The notes beneath the pieces were generated by a model. It did not search any database. It had not been told where the DNA came from and saw only the letters and a program-made list of their open reading frames with translations. A stretch of 64,000 nucleotides of DNA from an uncultured Clostridia bacterium (GTDB taxonomy: Bacteria > Bacillota > Clostridia > UBA1381), in NCBI GenBank assembly GCA_944391225.1, contig CALXSS010000003.1, positions 4,715 through 68,714 of the forward strand, written 5' to 3'. This document shows, piece by piece, positions 1 to 9,992 of the stretch (position 1 is the first letter of the stretch; each line of letters begins with the position of its first letter). Made by a program: the position numbers and the translations under genes.

Positions 1-956
1 TCCTTGTCTGTGCCCTTAAGGCGTATTACTGACATAGGCCATTCAAGACGGCTGATCTCTATATCTTCAAAGCCGACTATATTATAAAACTTTTCGCTCT
101 TTGCGCGGTGCATAGCAAACACATGGTTTCCGCCCTGGAAATGTTCATGTGTAAGAATAGAGCCGCCCACTATCGGCAGATCCGCGTTTGATCCTACTAT
201 GTAATGATTGAATCTTGTTATAAAATCGAGCAGCTTGGCAAACGCGCTTCTGTCTATCACCATCGGCACATGCTCTGAGTTAAATACTATACAGTGCTCA
301 TTATAATAAACATAGGGCGAATACTGGAATCCCCACTTCTGACCGCATATGTCTATCGGTATTATTCTATGGTTCTGACGCGCCGGATGATTGACTCTGC
401 CGCCATAGCCTTCGTTTTCAACACAAAGCTGACATTTGGGATATGAGGACTGCTTTTGCAGCTTTGCTGCCGCTATTGCCTTTGGATCTTTTTCCGGCTT
501 TGAACGGTTTATCGTTATCTCAATATCGCCGTACTTTGACGGAGCTATCCATTTAACATCCTTCTTTATCCTGCCGCGGCGTATATAGTTAGTATCGCAT
601 GAAAGCTTGTAGAAATAATCCGTCGCCTTTACCGGTGATTCCTTATAAAGCTCCTCAAATTTCTCTGCAACTATAGACGGCATAGGTGTGAGCGTATCCA
701 TCAGCTCCGTATCAAAAATATCTCTGTACACTATGCTGTTGTTTTCAAGCGCTCCGTTTTCTGCTGCGTAATCCACAAGCGAATCAAGGATCGCATCAAG
801 CTCCTCTACGCTGCTGCATACAGCGCCTGTTTCTTCGTATGAATCGAGCCCCAGCTTGGTCAGAAGCCTGTTGCGAACATACATCGCATCTCCCTGCTTG
901 ATAAGCCCTGTCATTATGCCATAGGATACCAGCTTGTCAATTCCCTCATATACCAT
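1..956 (-). CDS. galT: Galactose-1-phosphate uridylyltransferase, Firmicute type 2 (first ~318 codons; 3' end lies beyond the window start)
   Basis: Open at window edge so absent from ORF track. My translation from ATG at 956 gives MVYEGIDKLVSYGIMTGLIKQGD... It contains SSYPKCQLCVENEGYGGRVNHPARQNHRII and GGSILTHEHFQGG, both hallmark GalT-2 motifs. Confidence 0.85.
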   Translation of the reverse strand, partial: MVYEGIDKLVSYGIMTGLIKQGDAMYVRNRLLTKLGLDSYEETGAVCSSVEELDAILDSLVDYAAENGALENNSIVYRDIFDTELMDTLTPMPSIVAEKFEELYKESPVKATDYFYKLSCDTNYIRRGRIKKDVKWIAPSKYGDIEITINRSKPEKDPKAIAAAKLQKQSSYPKCQLCVENEGYGGRVNHPARQNHRIIPIDICGQKWGFQYSPYVYYNEHCIVFNSEHVPMVIDRSAFAKLLDFITRFNHYIVGSNADLPIVGGSILTHEHFQGGNHVFAMHRAKSEKFYNIVGFEDIEISRLEWPMSVIRLKGTDK

Positions 957-1111
957 AGTATTTTCACCTTTCTGAACTTATTTTACGGCGCGGCACAGAC
1001 AGCACACACACCTGCTATTTTATACTCTATTATGAATATTTTATCATGTATCACGTATATTTGCAATAGTTTTTGTGAAAATACACTTATTTTTTATATT
1101 CAGAACACGCC

Positions 1112-1519
1112 TCAGAACCATCTATATTTCTGCTTTTCCTCGCCAAACAGTCTGCAGCGCAGCTGATCGTCAACAAAAATGCAGGCAAGCGACAAAAATA
1201 CCCAAAGTATCATATAAGGCAGACACACCTGACCCATTATATTATACGGCATATCATAATAGCTCCAGACATTCAGTCCCAGCTTTATATTCAGCACATA
1301 GCCTACAGCAAATTCAAGAATAGTTATTGCCGCCGCGCCTATCAGCATCTGCAATGGCAGTATTATCCTGCCGTGCGAATGCTCGTTTATAAGACCTATT
1401 ATGAGAAAGCACGCTCCGCCTAAAACAAACATGCTCCAATGCGAATATCCTCGCCAAAGCATTTCGATCATAAGATAGAATATTCCGCCTAAGCTGAAAA
1501 TTATAAGATGCTTGAACAT
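1112..1519 (-). CDS. Small polytopic membrane protein (resembles the putative ABC-transporter type IV / PF06541-like family)
   Basis: ORF track 135 aa with four hydrophobic segments. The motif MIEMLWRGYSHWSMFVLGG is typical of that family from memory. Function unknown. Confidence 0.55.
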   Translation of the reverse strand: MFKHLIIFSLGGIFYLMIEMLWRGYSHWSMFVLGGACFLIIGLINEHSHGRIILPLQMLIGAAAITILEFAVGYVLNIKLGLNVWSYYDMPYNIMGQVCLPYMILWVFLSLACIFVDDQLRCRLFGEEKQKYRWF

Positions 1520-1681
1520 ATAAAAACTCCCCCGTATATCCCAATAACCTCAAGCGCAGCTGCGCTTATTTGATATTATATGATAACAGGGGATTTTTAT
1601 TCTCTCTTTTATTTGGTTCTTTAATAAATATTGAGGGTTTCATATCTGCTATACAGGCAATTGATAGCTTTCCGATTTCTT

Positions 1682-1749
1682 GTAGGGGCATACATTATCT
1701 GCCCGCATCCCCGCCGCGCTAATGGCTGGCGGATGCTATCCGCCCCTAC
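1682..1749. repeat. GC-rich composite palindrome (REP/BIME-like), outer arms GTAGGGG / CCCCTAC
   Basis: gtaggggcatacattatctgcccgc...ctggcggatgctatccgcccctac. Inner perfect hairpin GGCGGAT-gct-ATCCGCC, and GGGCA/TGCCC in the left half. It sits in an AT-rich spacer downstream of the EamA gene. Confidence 0.5.
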
Positions 1750-1795
1750 CATCCCAACATTTTAAAATGGACCTTTTTATCTTACTGTTTTATAT

Positions 1796-2227
1796 TTATA
1801 GGGCAAGCACAAGCGTTCCTGCCGCAATAAGCGCCGCGCCTGCTATAGTTTTCACATCCGGCTTTTCGCCTAAAAACACAAAAGCCATTATAACAGTGAG
1901 CACAACGCTGAATTTATCTATCGGGGCAACCTTTGAAGCCGGTCCCATTTGCAGCGCCTTGTAATAAAACAGCCATGATATTCCCGTAGCCGCGCCGGAC
2001 AGGATAAGAAATATCCAGCCCTTGCAGGTGATAGAGCCTATACCTCCCGCTTTGCCGGTATACAACACTATGACCCACGCCAGAACAAGCACTACACAGG
2101 TCCTTATCGCTGTGGCTAAATTTGAATCTATGCCGCTGATGCCTATTTTCGCGAAAATAGAGGTGAGTGCAGCAAACACCGCCGAAAGCACCGCATAGAT
2201 AAGCCACTGTTCCTTGAATATACTCAT
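1796..2227 (-). CDS. EamA/DMT-superfamily small transporter
   Basis: 143 aa, 4-5 TM segments, single EamA-domain-like sequence. Its ATG overlaps the gyrB TGA (ATGA). Confidence 0.75.
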   Translation of the reverse strand: MSIFKEQWLIYAVLSAVFAALTSIFAKIGISGIDSNLATAIRTCVVLVLAWVIVLYTGKAGGIGSITCKGWIFLILSGAATGISWLFYYKALQMGPASKVAPIDKFSVVLTVIMAFVFLGEKPDVKTIAGAALIAAGTLVLAL

Positions 2228-4155
2228 ATGTCAAGATTTGAAACGTATTTCGCGTTTGCTTCTATAAAATCACGGCGCGGCTCGACCTTTTCGCCCATCA
2301 GTATTGTGAAGATCTGATCCGCTGCAATAGCGTCCTCCATATCCACTCTCAATATAGTCCTCTTTTCCGGATCCATTGTTGTTTCCTTAAGCTCAGGGGG
2401 ATCCATCTCGCCAAGACCTTTATATCTCTGGACCTTCGCGCCCTTGCCGAGCTCCTCGATCAGTCTGTCACGCTCATATTCGTCAAATGCAAATTTCTCA
2501 ACAAGGTCCTTGTTCTTGCCCTTGAACACTTTGAACAACGGCGGCTGCGCTATATATATATGTCCCTCCTCAATAAGCGGACGCATATATCTGAAGAAAA
2601 ACGTCAGCAGCAGCGTTCTTATATGAGATCCATCTACGTCGGCATCTGCCATTATAATGATCTTACCGTATTTCAGGTTATTTATATCGAAATCCTCGCC
2701 TATCCCGGCTCCGAGCGCCTGTATTATAGGAAGGAGCTTTTCATTTGAATATACCTTGTCTATACGCGACTTTTCAACGTTGAGCATCTTGCCCCAAAGA
2801 GGCAGAACTGCCTGATAACGCCTGTTTCTGCCCTGCTTAGCGCTGCCGCCAGCGCTGTCTCCCTCGACAATGAACAGCTCTGCGTAGTCAGCGCCCTCGT
2901 CAGTACATCTTGCAAGCTTGCCGAGCAATGATGAATTGTTCGCCGCAGAGCTTTTACGCGTTGCCTCTCTCGCTTTTCTCGCCGCCTCGCGTGCTCTTGA
3001 CGCATTTATCGTCTTTTCGATGATCGCCCTTGCTATGCGCGGGTTTTCCTCCAGGAATGCCGCGAGCTTATCAGACAGCGCGCCCTCTACAAGAGTTCTC
3101 GCTTCGCTGTTTCCAAGCTTTGTTTTCGTCTGACCCTCAAACTGCGCCTCAGCTACCTTTACACTGATCACCGCGGTCAATCCCTCTCGCGTATCCTCGC
3201 CCATGAGATTTGCGTCTTTTTCTTTCAGCAGCTTATATTTGCGCGCATAATCGTTGAGGACTCTTGTAAGTCCGGCCTTGAATCCTGTTTCATGCATTCC
3301 GCCGTCCACAGTGTGGATATTGTTCGCAAAGCTCAGTATCGTTTCAGAATAAGCGGTGGTATACTGCATTGCCACCTCTACCTCCATAGAGTCGCCGCGC
3401 TTTGCCTCAAAATATACTATATCGTCATGGATAGCATCCTTGTTCTTGTTGATATACTTTACAAATTCCTTGATTCCGCCCTCTGCATACAGCTCCACAG
3501 GCTTCGGCTCAGCCACACGCCTGTCGGTAAAAATTATACGAACTCCTTTATTCAGGAATGCTTGCTCCCTGAGACGCTTGAGCAATATATCATAATCATA
3601 GTCGAGAGTTTCAAATATCTCGGCATCAGGCAAAAATGTTGTCTTTGTTCCGGTCTTATCCGTGTCACCTATTATCTTTACCTGACAGGTCGGCTTGCCG
3701 CGCTCATAGCTCTGGTAATACACATGCTCGCCGTTTGAAACCTCTACCTCCAGCCTCTCGGAAAGCGCGTTAACGACCGATGAACCAACACCGTGCAGAC
3801 CGCCTGAAACCTTATATCCTCCGCCGCCGAATTTTCCGCCCGCATGAAGTATAGTAAGAACCACCTCTATAGTTGATATTCCGCGCTGTGGATGTATTCC
3901 AACAGGTATGCCTCTGCCGTTATCTTCTATAGTAACAGAATTATCAGCATTAATATCAACTGTTATACGGTCACAGTATCCGGCAAGAGCCTCGTCGATC
4001 GAGTTGTCCACTATCTCATAGATAAGATGATGCAGACCACTCAGCGATACCGAGCCTATATACATGCCCGGTCTTTTTCTTACCGCTTCAAGTCCCTCCA
4101 GCACCTGTATCTGGCTTTCATCATACGTTGTTTCTACAGCTTTGTTTTCGTTCAT
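2224..4155 (-). CDS. gyrB: DNA gyrase subunit B
   Basis: Motifs [52 protein letters not shown] and [11 protein letters not shown]. Start moved to MNENK (ATG 4155), or ATG 4167; AAAGGA lies upstream. The ORF-track extension to 4281 overlaps the remB-like gene. Confidence 0.95.
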   Translation of the reverse strand: MNENKAVETTYDESQIQVLEGLEAVRKRPGMYIGSVSLSGLHHLIYEIVDNSIDEALAGYCDRITVDINADNSVTIEDNGRGIPVGIHPQRGISTIEVVLTILHAGGKFGGGGYKVSGGLHGVGSSVVNALSERLEVEVSNGEHVYYQSYERGKPTCQVKIIGDTDKTGTKTTFLPDAEIFETLDYDYDILLKRLREQAFLNKGVRIIFTDRRVAEPKPVELYAEGGIKEFVKYINKNKDAIHDDIVYFEAKRGDSMEVEVAMQYTTAYSETILSFANNIHTVDGGMHETGFKAGLTRVLNDYARKYKLLKEKDANLMGEDTREGLTAVISVKVAEAQFEGQTKTKLGNSEARTLVEGALSDKLAAFLEENPRIARAIIEKTINASRAREAARKAREATRKSSAANNSSLLGKLARCTDEGADYAELFIVEGDSAGGSAKQGRNRRYQAVLPLWGKMLNVEKSRIDKVYSNEKLLPIIQALGAGIGEDFDINNLKYGKIIIMADADVDGSHIRTLLLTFFFRYMRPLIEEGHIYIAQPPLFKVFKGKNKDLVEKFAFDEYERDRLIEELGKGAKVQRYKGLGEMDPPELKETTMDPEKRTILRVDMEDAIAADQIFTILMGEKVEPRRDFIEANAKYVSNLDI

Positions 4156-4195
4156 TACCGTGATCATTCCTTTCTGTTCGCATAACGGCTGTTTA

Positions 4196-4459
4196 TCATG
4201 CCAGCAGCTCCGCTGACTTCGCCCTGCTTTGCAGCACCTTTGATGAGAGCGATGACAAATACACCCTGGTTTCTCCGTCATGCTCCGTTACCACATATGA
4301 TTTCGGCAGCTCGTCTGCCGTATATATCAATCCGCCGCCGCGCTCTGCACGCGGCAGAAAGTCGCGCCCCTGGCGCGACACGGTTGTATTATCCATATCA
4401 AAAATACCTATTATTTCCGATTTTAGCACAACACAATCATTACTTATCCTTAAATACAT
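4196..4459 (-). CDS. DUF370 / RemB (YaaB)-like protein
   Basis: 87 aa. It holds the conserved position between recF and gyrB, as in Bacillus (recF-remB-gyrB). The sequence [13 protein letters not shown]...R.FL is typical of DUF370. Confidence 0.8.
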   Translation of the reverse strand: MYLRISNDCVVLKSEIIGIFDMDNTTVSRQGRDFLPRAERGGGLIYTADELPKSYVVTEHDGETRVYLSSLSSKVLQSRAKSAELLA

Positions 4460-5544
4460 TATTCCACCACCATTCCGTTTTCGATCCTGAAAAGCTTCGT
4501 TTCAGTAGCCTTATCTATCAGGTCGGTGTCTGTGGAGGTTATAAGCACCTGTTTGTCGCGTATGCGCTCTGCAAGATACATCCTGCGGTTTATATCCAGC
4601 TCGCTCATTATATCGTCAAGCAAAAGCACAGGATATTCACCCTTTACCTCCTTGATATAATCTGCCTGGGCTATTTTAAGACTCAACGCCGCTGTTCGCT
4701 GCTGACCCTGCGATCCAAAAAGCCGCGCCTCGCGCTCATTAACATATATCTCTATATCGTCACGCTGAATGCCGTGCAAAGATGATGCCGCGTCTATCTC
4801 GCGGCGCTCATACTCCTTTAGTTTTTCAAGCACTGCCTGAGCGGTCATTTCATCAGTCTTGATGCTGGGCACATATTTTATGCCAAGCTGCTCTCTCGAT
4901 ATTTCAGCCTGTATCTTTTTTGCTGCGGTTTCTATCAGCTCGGAAAACTCCAGACGGGCGCGCATTATCCTCGCCCCATGCTCCGCAAGCTGTTCGTTCC
5001 AAATGTCAAGAGTGGGGTCTGAGGCTGCACCCCGCGCGCGCAGCAGCTTTAATAGGCTGTTTTTCTGATTCAGCGCCTTATTATAGTCTATAAGAGACGA
5101 CAGATATGATGGGTACAGCTGGCTTATTGAGCTGTCTATGAATCTGCGCCTCACCCCCGGAGAACCCTTTACAAGATCAAGATCCTCGGGTGAAAACATC
5201 ACCACATTAAGATAATTCATGAGCGCGCTCAGCTTAACTATATGCACATGATTTACCGAAACGGCCTTTCGCCCGTTTTTCAGTATCTGCATTTGTCCGA
5301 AATGATCCCGCCGCTCATCGCTGAATTCAATATCCAGCTTTGCGAACCCCTCTCCAAACCGTATGAGTTCCCTGTCGCTGCGCGCCCTGTGACTGCGTCC
5401 CTGTGAAAACAGGTACACAGCCTCAAGTATATTGGTCTTACCCTGTGCATTGTTTCCGTATATCACATTTGTATACGGAGAAAACTCCAGTCGCGCTGAT
5501 TTGTAATTTCTGAAATTGCTTAGCTTTAACGTCTTTATATACAT
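4459..5544 (-). CDS. recF: DNA replication and repair protein RecF
   Basis: N-terminus [44 protein letters not shown] (Walker A) and the LLLDDIMSELD signature near the C-terminus. Confidence 0.95.
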   Translation of the reverse strand: MYIKTLKLSNFRNYKSARLEFSPYTNVIYGNNAQGKTNILEAVYLFSQGRSHRARSDRELIRFGEGFAKLDIEFSDERRDHFGQMQILKNGRKAVSVNHVHIVKLSALMNYLNVVMFSPEDLDLVKGSPGVRRRFIDSSISQLYPSYLSSLIDYNKALNQKNSLLKLLRARGAASDPTLDIWNEQLAEHGARIMRARLEFSELIETAAKKIQAEISREQLGIKYVPSIKTDEMTAQAVLEKLKEYERREIDAASSLHGIQRDDIEIYVNEREARLFGSQGQQRTAALSLKIAQADYIKEVKGEYPVLLLDDIMSELDINRRMYLAERIRDKQVLITSTDTDLIDKATETKLFRIENGMVVE

Positions 5545-5768
5545 TATACCACGCTTATTTCAAATGAATCATCCTCAAATTCGGCTTTTACCACATCGCC
5601 CGGTCTTATTTTTTTGCCGCGCATCGTGCATACCTCACCGTTGACCGATACGGCTCCATTTATCACCATATCCTTTGCCTCCGCTCCCGAATATGCTATC
5701 CCCGCATATTTTAACAGCTGATCGAGCTTTATAAACTCGGTAGTTATGGAGGTTTCTATCTTTTCCAT
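5544..5768 (-). CDS. S4-domain RNA-binding protein YaaA/RlbA-like
   Basis: 74 aa, [35 protein letters not shown]. Conserved position upstream of recF, with a TAATG overlap. Confidence 0.85.
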   Translation of the reverse strand: MEKIETSITTEFIKLDQLLKYAGIAYSGAEAKDMVINGAVSVNGEVCTMRGKKIRPGDVVKAEFEDDSFEISVV

Positions 5769-5783
5769 CTGTTATATCATCCT

Positions 5784-8042
5784 TTACTGAATTGTTCTTG
5801 TTACTGATATCACGCCCGGAAGCTGCTTGAACTTCTTTGTCAGCAGCGCAAGATCAGATGTGTTCTTGATCTCGACCCCTACCTGTATGACCGCTTCTTT
5901 ATCCTTTGTAACATAGGCGTTTGCAGATTTGAACGGTATCTTCAGGTTTATCAGCACATTGGTAACATCAAGCAGCATGCCGTCGCGATCTCTGCCTTCT
6001 ATACGCACATTCGCGATATATGAAGATGAACGCTCTGTATCCCATTGTACCTCTATTAGTCTCGCCCTGTCCTCCGGCTGAAGATTTACCGGCTTTATGT
6101 TAGTGCAGTCTGCTCTATGCACGCTTACGCCCCTGCCCTTTGTAATAAAGCCTATTATTTCATCACCTGCCACCGGATTGCAGCAGTGAGCCAGCCTTAC
6201 AAGACAGTTGTCTATTCCCTTTACTATTACTCCGTTTGTTGAATGGCGACGCTTCGTTTCCGTTTCAGGCTTAGCAGCCTTATCTATAACTGCTTGTATA
6301 TCCTCTGTTTTTTCTTTCTCGTGCAGCTCCTTGAGCCATTCCTCGCGCAGACGCATAACCACCTTTGTAGCCGTGATTCCGCCATAACCGACGCCGGCAT
6401 ACAGATCGTCAATCGAATTAAAGCCATATCTTTTCGTTATAAGACTTACCCATTCAGGTCTGAACAGCTGCGCGTGCGTGTTTCCAAGCCGCCTCAGCTC
6501 GCGCTCTATAAGCTCCTTGCCCTCCTCTATGTTCTCATCTCGTCTTTCACGCTTGAACCACTGATTTATCTTATTTCTTGCCCTTGATGTTCTGCATATC
6601 TTCAGCCAGTCACGGCTCGGTCCATGTGTGTTGGCTGTAAGTATCTCAACTATCTCGCCGTTTTCAAGCACATAGTTATTTGGCACTATCTTTCCGTTTA
6701 CCTTTGCGCCGCTCATCTTATAGCCCACCTCAGAGTGAATGGCGAACGCAAAATCTATTACCGTACTCTTTGCCGGCAAAGCGATAACTCTGCCCTGAGG
6801 CGTGAACACGAATACCTCGTCGGCAAAAAGATCAAATTTAAGAGTATTGAAGAATTCGTCTGTGTCTATTATATTCTGCTGAGTATCAAGCAGGGTTCGC
6901 ACCCACTCGAGCTTTGAATCCATCTCGGTCGCTCCGCTCACGCCCTCCTTATACTTCCAATGAGCTGCTATACCGTTTTCAGCTACTCTGTGCATTTCCC
7001 ATGTTCTTATCTGTATCTCGAACGGAGTGCCGTTTGGTCCTATGACCGTTGTGTGAAGCGACTGGTACATATTCGGCTTTGGCATAGCTATATAGTCCTT
7101 AAAACGCATAGGTACGGGTGTATACATCTCATGCACCATTCCCAATACCGCATAGCAGTCCTGTATAGTGTCAACTATCACTCTTACAGCAAAAAGATCA
7201 TACAGCTCATCTATAGTCTTACCCTGGGTATACATTTTCCTGAATATGCTGTAAAAATGCTTTGCCCGCCCCATTACGCTGCCCTTGATGTTCATTTCTT
7301 CCAGCTTTTTGCGGAATATCTCCATGATATCGGCTATATATTTATCCCTTGCGCTCTTTTTAAGATTGATGCTCTCGCGTATTTCCTCATATGCTACCGG
7401 ATCAAGATATTTCAAAGCCAGATCCTCAAGCTCTATCTTTATCTTTGACATACCCAGCCTGTGAGCGAGCGGCGCGTACACATCAAGCGTTTCCTTTGAT
7501 ATTCTGAGCTGCTTATGGCGCGGCATAAAATTCATCGTACGCATATTATGAAGCCTGTCTATAAGCTTTATCACAACCACGCGTATATCCTTAGCCATCG
7601 CCAAAAACATCTTGCGCAGATTCTCTACCTGCTGCTCCTCGCGTGATGAATATTTTATCTGTTTCAGCTTTGTTACACCGTCTACAAGCTCCGCCACAGG
7701 CGTGCCAAACATCATTGCAACATCATCAAAGGTACAGCCTGTATCCTCAACAACATCGTGGAGCAGACATGCGGTTATTGCTGTCGAATCAAGATTGAGC
7801 TGAGCCGCGATATATGCGACCTCTACCGGATGCACTATATACGGATCTCCGCTTTTGCGCTTCTGCCCCTCGTGCAGTGACTTTGCAAATCTGTACGCGA
7901 CATAAACCATATCAGTATTTGCCCCAGGGCTGTAGCCATGGAGCATCTCAATTATCTCCTCAACAAGCTTATCAGTATCCTTAATATCCCGCCGCGGTAT
8001 GACCTCCGGTTCCAGTATGGTATTTCTTTCACTATCAGTCAT
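5784..8042 (-). CDS. relA: Bifunctional (p)ppGpp synthetase/hydrolase (RelA/SpoT homolog)
   Basis: HD hydrolase motif (HDVVEDT), synthetase domain (YQSLHTTV), TGS and ACT regions. ATG at 8042 follows GAAAGG at good spacing and overlaps the recJ end by 8 nt. Confidence 0.95.
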   Translation of the reverse strand: MTDSERNTILEPEVIPRRDIKDTDKLVEEIIEMLHGYSPGANTDMVYVAYRFAKSLHEGQKRKSGDPYIVHPVEVAYIAAQLNLDSTAITACLLHDVVEDTGCTFDDVAMMFGTPVAELVDGVTKLKQIKYSSREEQQVENLRKMFLAMAKDIRVVVIKLIDRLHNMRTMNFMPRHKQLRISKETLDVYAPLAHRLGMSKIKIELEDLALKYLDPVAYEEIRESINLKKSARDKYIADIMEIFRKKLEEMNIKGSVMGRAKHFYSIFRKMYTQGKTIDELYDLFAVRVIVDTIQDCYAVLGMVHEMYTPVPMRFKDYIAMPKPNMYQSLHTTVIGPNGTPFEIQIRTWEMHRVAENGIAAHWKYKEGVSGATEMDSKLEWVRTLLDTQQNIIDTDEFFNTLKFDLFADEVFVFTPQGRVIALPAKSTVIDFAFAIHSEVGYKMSGAKVNGKIVPNNYVLENGEIVEILTANTHGPSRDWLKICRTSRARNKINQWFKRERRDENIEEGKELIERELRRLGNTHAQLFRPEWVSLITKRYGFNSIDDLYAGVGYGGITATKVVMRLREEWLKELHEKEKTEDIQAVIDKAAKPETETKRRHSTNGVIVKGIDNCLVRLAHCCNPVAGDEIIGFITKGRGVSVHRADCTNIKPVNLQPEDRARLIEVQWDTERSSSYIANVRIEGRDRDGMLLDVTNVLINLKIPFKSANAYVTKDKEAVIQVGVEIKNTSDLALLTKKFKQLPGVISVTRTIQ

Positions 8043-9771
8043 AATTACCAACCTTTCTCACATCATTTTTTATGTCGATTATCTGCAGCTGCAGTGATTC
8101 GTTACCCTGATACACATTGATGTCAAATTTGAACGCAAGATGCACCATATCTCCCGGATAAACATACTGAGCAAATTCTCCCAATCCAAAACCTATACAG
8201 CCTACCTCTGTCCCGTCTTTTTCTATCCTCAGCCTTAAATGCTTGTTATCGGCTCCAACTGTCGTTATCGACTGCACTGCCGCATTCTTTATCACAAACA
8301 CAGGCCGCTCATTACCCATACCGTACGGCTCCAGCGTCGAAACTGCCTTTGCCGTTGCCAGGCTCAAGCTCTGCCCGCCCAGAATGCTGTCGATCTTGAC
8401 TGATGGTATCATATCGTCATCGCTCAGCACCTGGTCGGCGTATTTATTTATATTTACTGTAAAATCCTTGATATTATTCTCTGTTATGCCCAATCCTGCG
8501 GCAACGGCGTGTCCGCCGAAATTGGTAAGATATTTTTCACTGTCGGAAAGAGCCTCAAAAAGATTGAAGCCAGCTATGCTCCTGCCGCTGCCCTTGCCAA
8601 CTCCGTTATTAAGCGAGATCAGTATGCACGGCTTATAAAACATTTCCGTTATTCGCGAAGCTACTATTCCTATAACGCCGTTGTGCCAGCCCTCACGCGC
8701 AAGAACTATCACCTTTTTCTTACCGGCATTGGGATCTGACGCTATCATTTCCAGCGCCTCACGATTTATGTTCATTTCCGTTGCCTGACGTTCTTTGTTC
8801 TCAGCGTCAAGATCCTCCGCTATCTGCTTCGCCTTTTCGGGATCCTTAGTGAGCAGCAGCTCCACAGAGGTCTCTGCAGTTCCCAGTCTTCCCGCAGCGT
8901 TCATGCGCGGCGCCGCGGCGAATGCTATAGTTGACGACGTTATTTTTTTATCCGCTACGCCCGCGACCTCGAAAAGCGCCCTAAGACCGGGACGCTGCAC
9001 AGCTGAGAGCTTTTTCAGACCTTTATCCACTATCACCCTATTTTCATCAACGAGCGGCACAACATCTGCTATTGTTCCTATAGCCGCTATATCCACAAAC
9101 CTATCAAAGCATTCGCCTGTGTTCATTCCGTATGCCATAGCCAGAGCCAGCACCAGCTTGAATGCCACTCCTACTCCCGCAAGCCCGTCAAACCCGTACT
9201 CATCCTCCTCGCGCTTTGGATTGACCACAGCCACAGCCGCCTCCGGAATGCGTTCCTTGCAGGTATGATGATCTGTTATGATAACATCCATCTTCTGCAG
9301 CCTCGCAAACTCCACCTCGCCTATCGCCGTTATTCCGCAGTCTACCGTTATAAGCAGGTTCATGCCCTTTTTTATAAGCTTGTTTACTGCCATTATATTT
9401 ATTCCGTAGCCCTCGTCCTTGCGGTCAGGTATATAATATATAACATCAGCCCCAAGCGCTGACAGAAACTCATATACAAGGGCTGTAGATGTTATACCGT
9501 CCACATCGTAATCGCCGTATATTACTATCTTTTCCTTATTATCTACAGCCTCTTTGATCCTCTTAACCGCTTTATCCATGTCAAGCATACTCATGGGATT
9601 GCGCACTCCGCGCTTAGACTTTGTTATGAACGACTCGAAATCTGATTCTTCTATCCCTCTGTTCAACAACACATTTGCAATTATATACGGGATCTTATGC
9701 TGTCGTGCGGCACTGCTTACCGCCTCAGGCTTAACTCCCTTATTTCTGAATTTCCATACCTTCCGAACCAT
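8035..9771 (-). CDS. recJ: Single-stranded-DNA-specific exonuclease RecJ
   Basis: DHH motifs (IYGDYDVDGITS, ITVDCG, VIITDHH) and a DHHA1 region (GGHAVAAG). Start moved to MVRKVWKF (ATG 9771), preceded by GGAGG. The track extension lies upstream of the predicted promoter. Confidence 0.9.
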   Translation of the reverse strand: MVRKVWKFRNKGVKPEAVSSAARQHKIPYIIANVLLNRGIEESDFESFITKSKRGVRNPMSMLDMDKAVKRIKEAVDNKEKIVIYGDYDVDGITSTALVYEFLSALGADVIYYIPDRKDEGYGINIMAVNKLIKKGMNLLITVDCGITAIGEVEFARLQKMDVIITDHHTCKERIPEAAVAVVNPKREEDEYGFDGLAGVGVAFKLVLALAMAYGMNTGECFDRFVDIAAIGTIADVVPLVDENRVIVDKGLKKLSAVQRPGLRALFEVAGVADKKITSSTIAFAAAPRMNAAGRLGTAETSVELLLTKDPEKAKQIAEDLDAENKERQATEMNINREALEMIASDPNAGKKKVIVLAREGWHNGVIGIVASRITEMFYKPCILISLNNGVGKGSGRSIAGFNLFEALSDSEKYLTNFGGHAVAAGLGITENNIKDFTVNINKYADQVLSDDDMIPSVKIDSILGGQSLSLATAKAVSTLEPYGMGNERPVFVIKNAAVQSITTVGADNKHLRLRIEKDGTEVGCIGFGLGEFAQYVYPGDMVHLAFKFDINVYQGNESLQLQIIDIKNDVRKVGNYD

Positions 9772-9853
9772 TTCCGCCTCCAAATACCAAGCCGTTCCCA
9801 CGCGCAAATATACCCAAAAACTGACACATAAAAAAATAGTTATATATATTGTT

Positions 9854-9882
9854 ATTATATCATTTTTACGCGCAAAATTCAA
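9854..9882 (-). promoter_or_regulatory. Sigma-A-type promoter for recJ-relA (TTGAAT-17-TATAAT)
   Basis: Minus strand reads cTTGAATtttgcgcgtaaaaatgaTATAATaac, about 80 nt upstream of the recJ ATG. Confidence 0.5.
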
Positions 9883-9912
9883 GTATTTACGGGAAATTTA
9901 ATCGTATTGTAT

Positions 9913-9954
9913 AAAAAAAGAGCCCGTCAGCCTCAGCATTTCTGACTGACGGGC
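9913..9954 (-). terminator. Intrinsic terminator after the MBL-fold gene
   Basis: Minus strand: GCCCGTCAG-(15 nt)-CTGACGGGC followed by TCTTTTTTT. Confidence 0.7.
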
Positions 9955-9992
9955 ATAGCCCCATTATCTATTCACCATCAACAGCATCAGGA

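Noticed and set aside
4156-5800. Replication origin (oriC) expected near recF/gyrB
   Set aside because: dnaA and dnaN are absent. I found only isolated imperfect DnaA-box-like 9-mers (for example TTATCCATA near 4388), with no cluster or AT-rich unwinding element.
9772-9882. ORF-track N-terminal extension of recJ. Similar extensions occur at gyrB 4156-4281, the SLH protein 20022-20108, nrdR 53297-53404, atpE 48603-48641, nfnA 59264-59317, ilvE 61384-61425 and the HAD hydrolase 37482-37547
   Set aside because: The extensions lack an RBS, overlap promoters or neighbouring genes, and precede the conserved N-termini. Internal starts with good RBS spacing were chosen instead.
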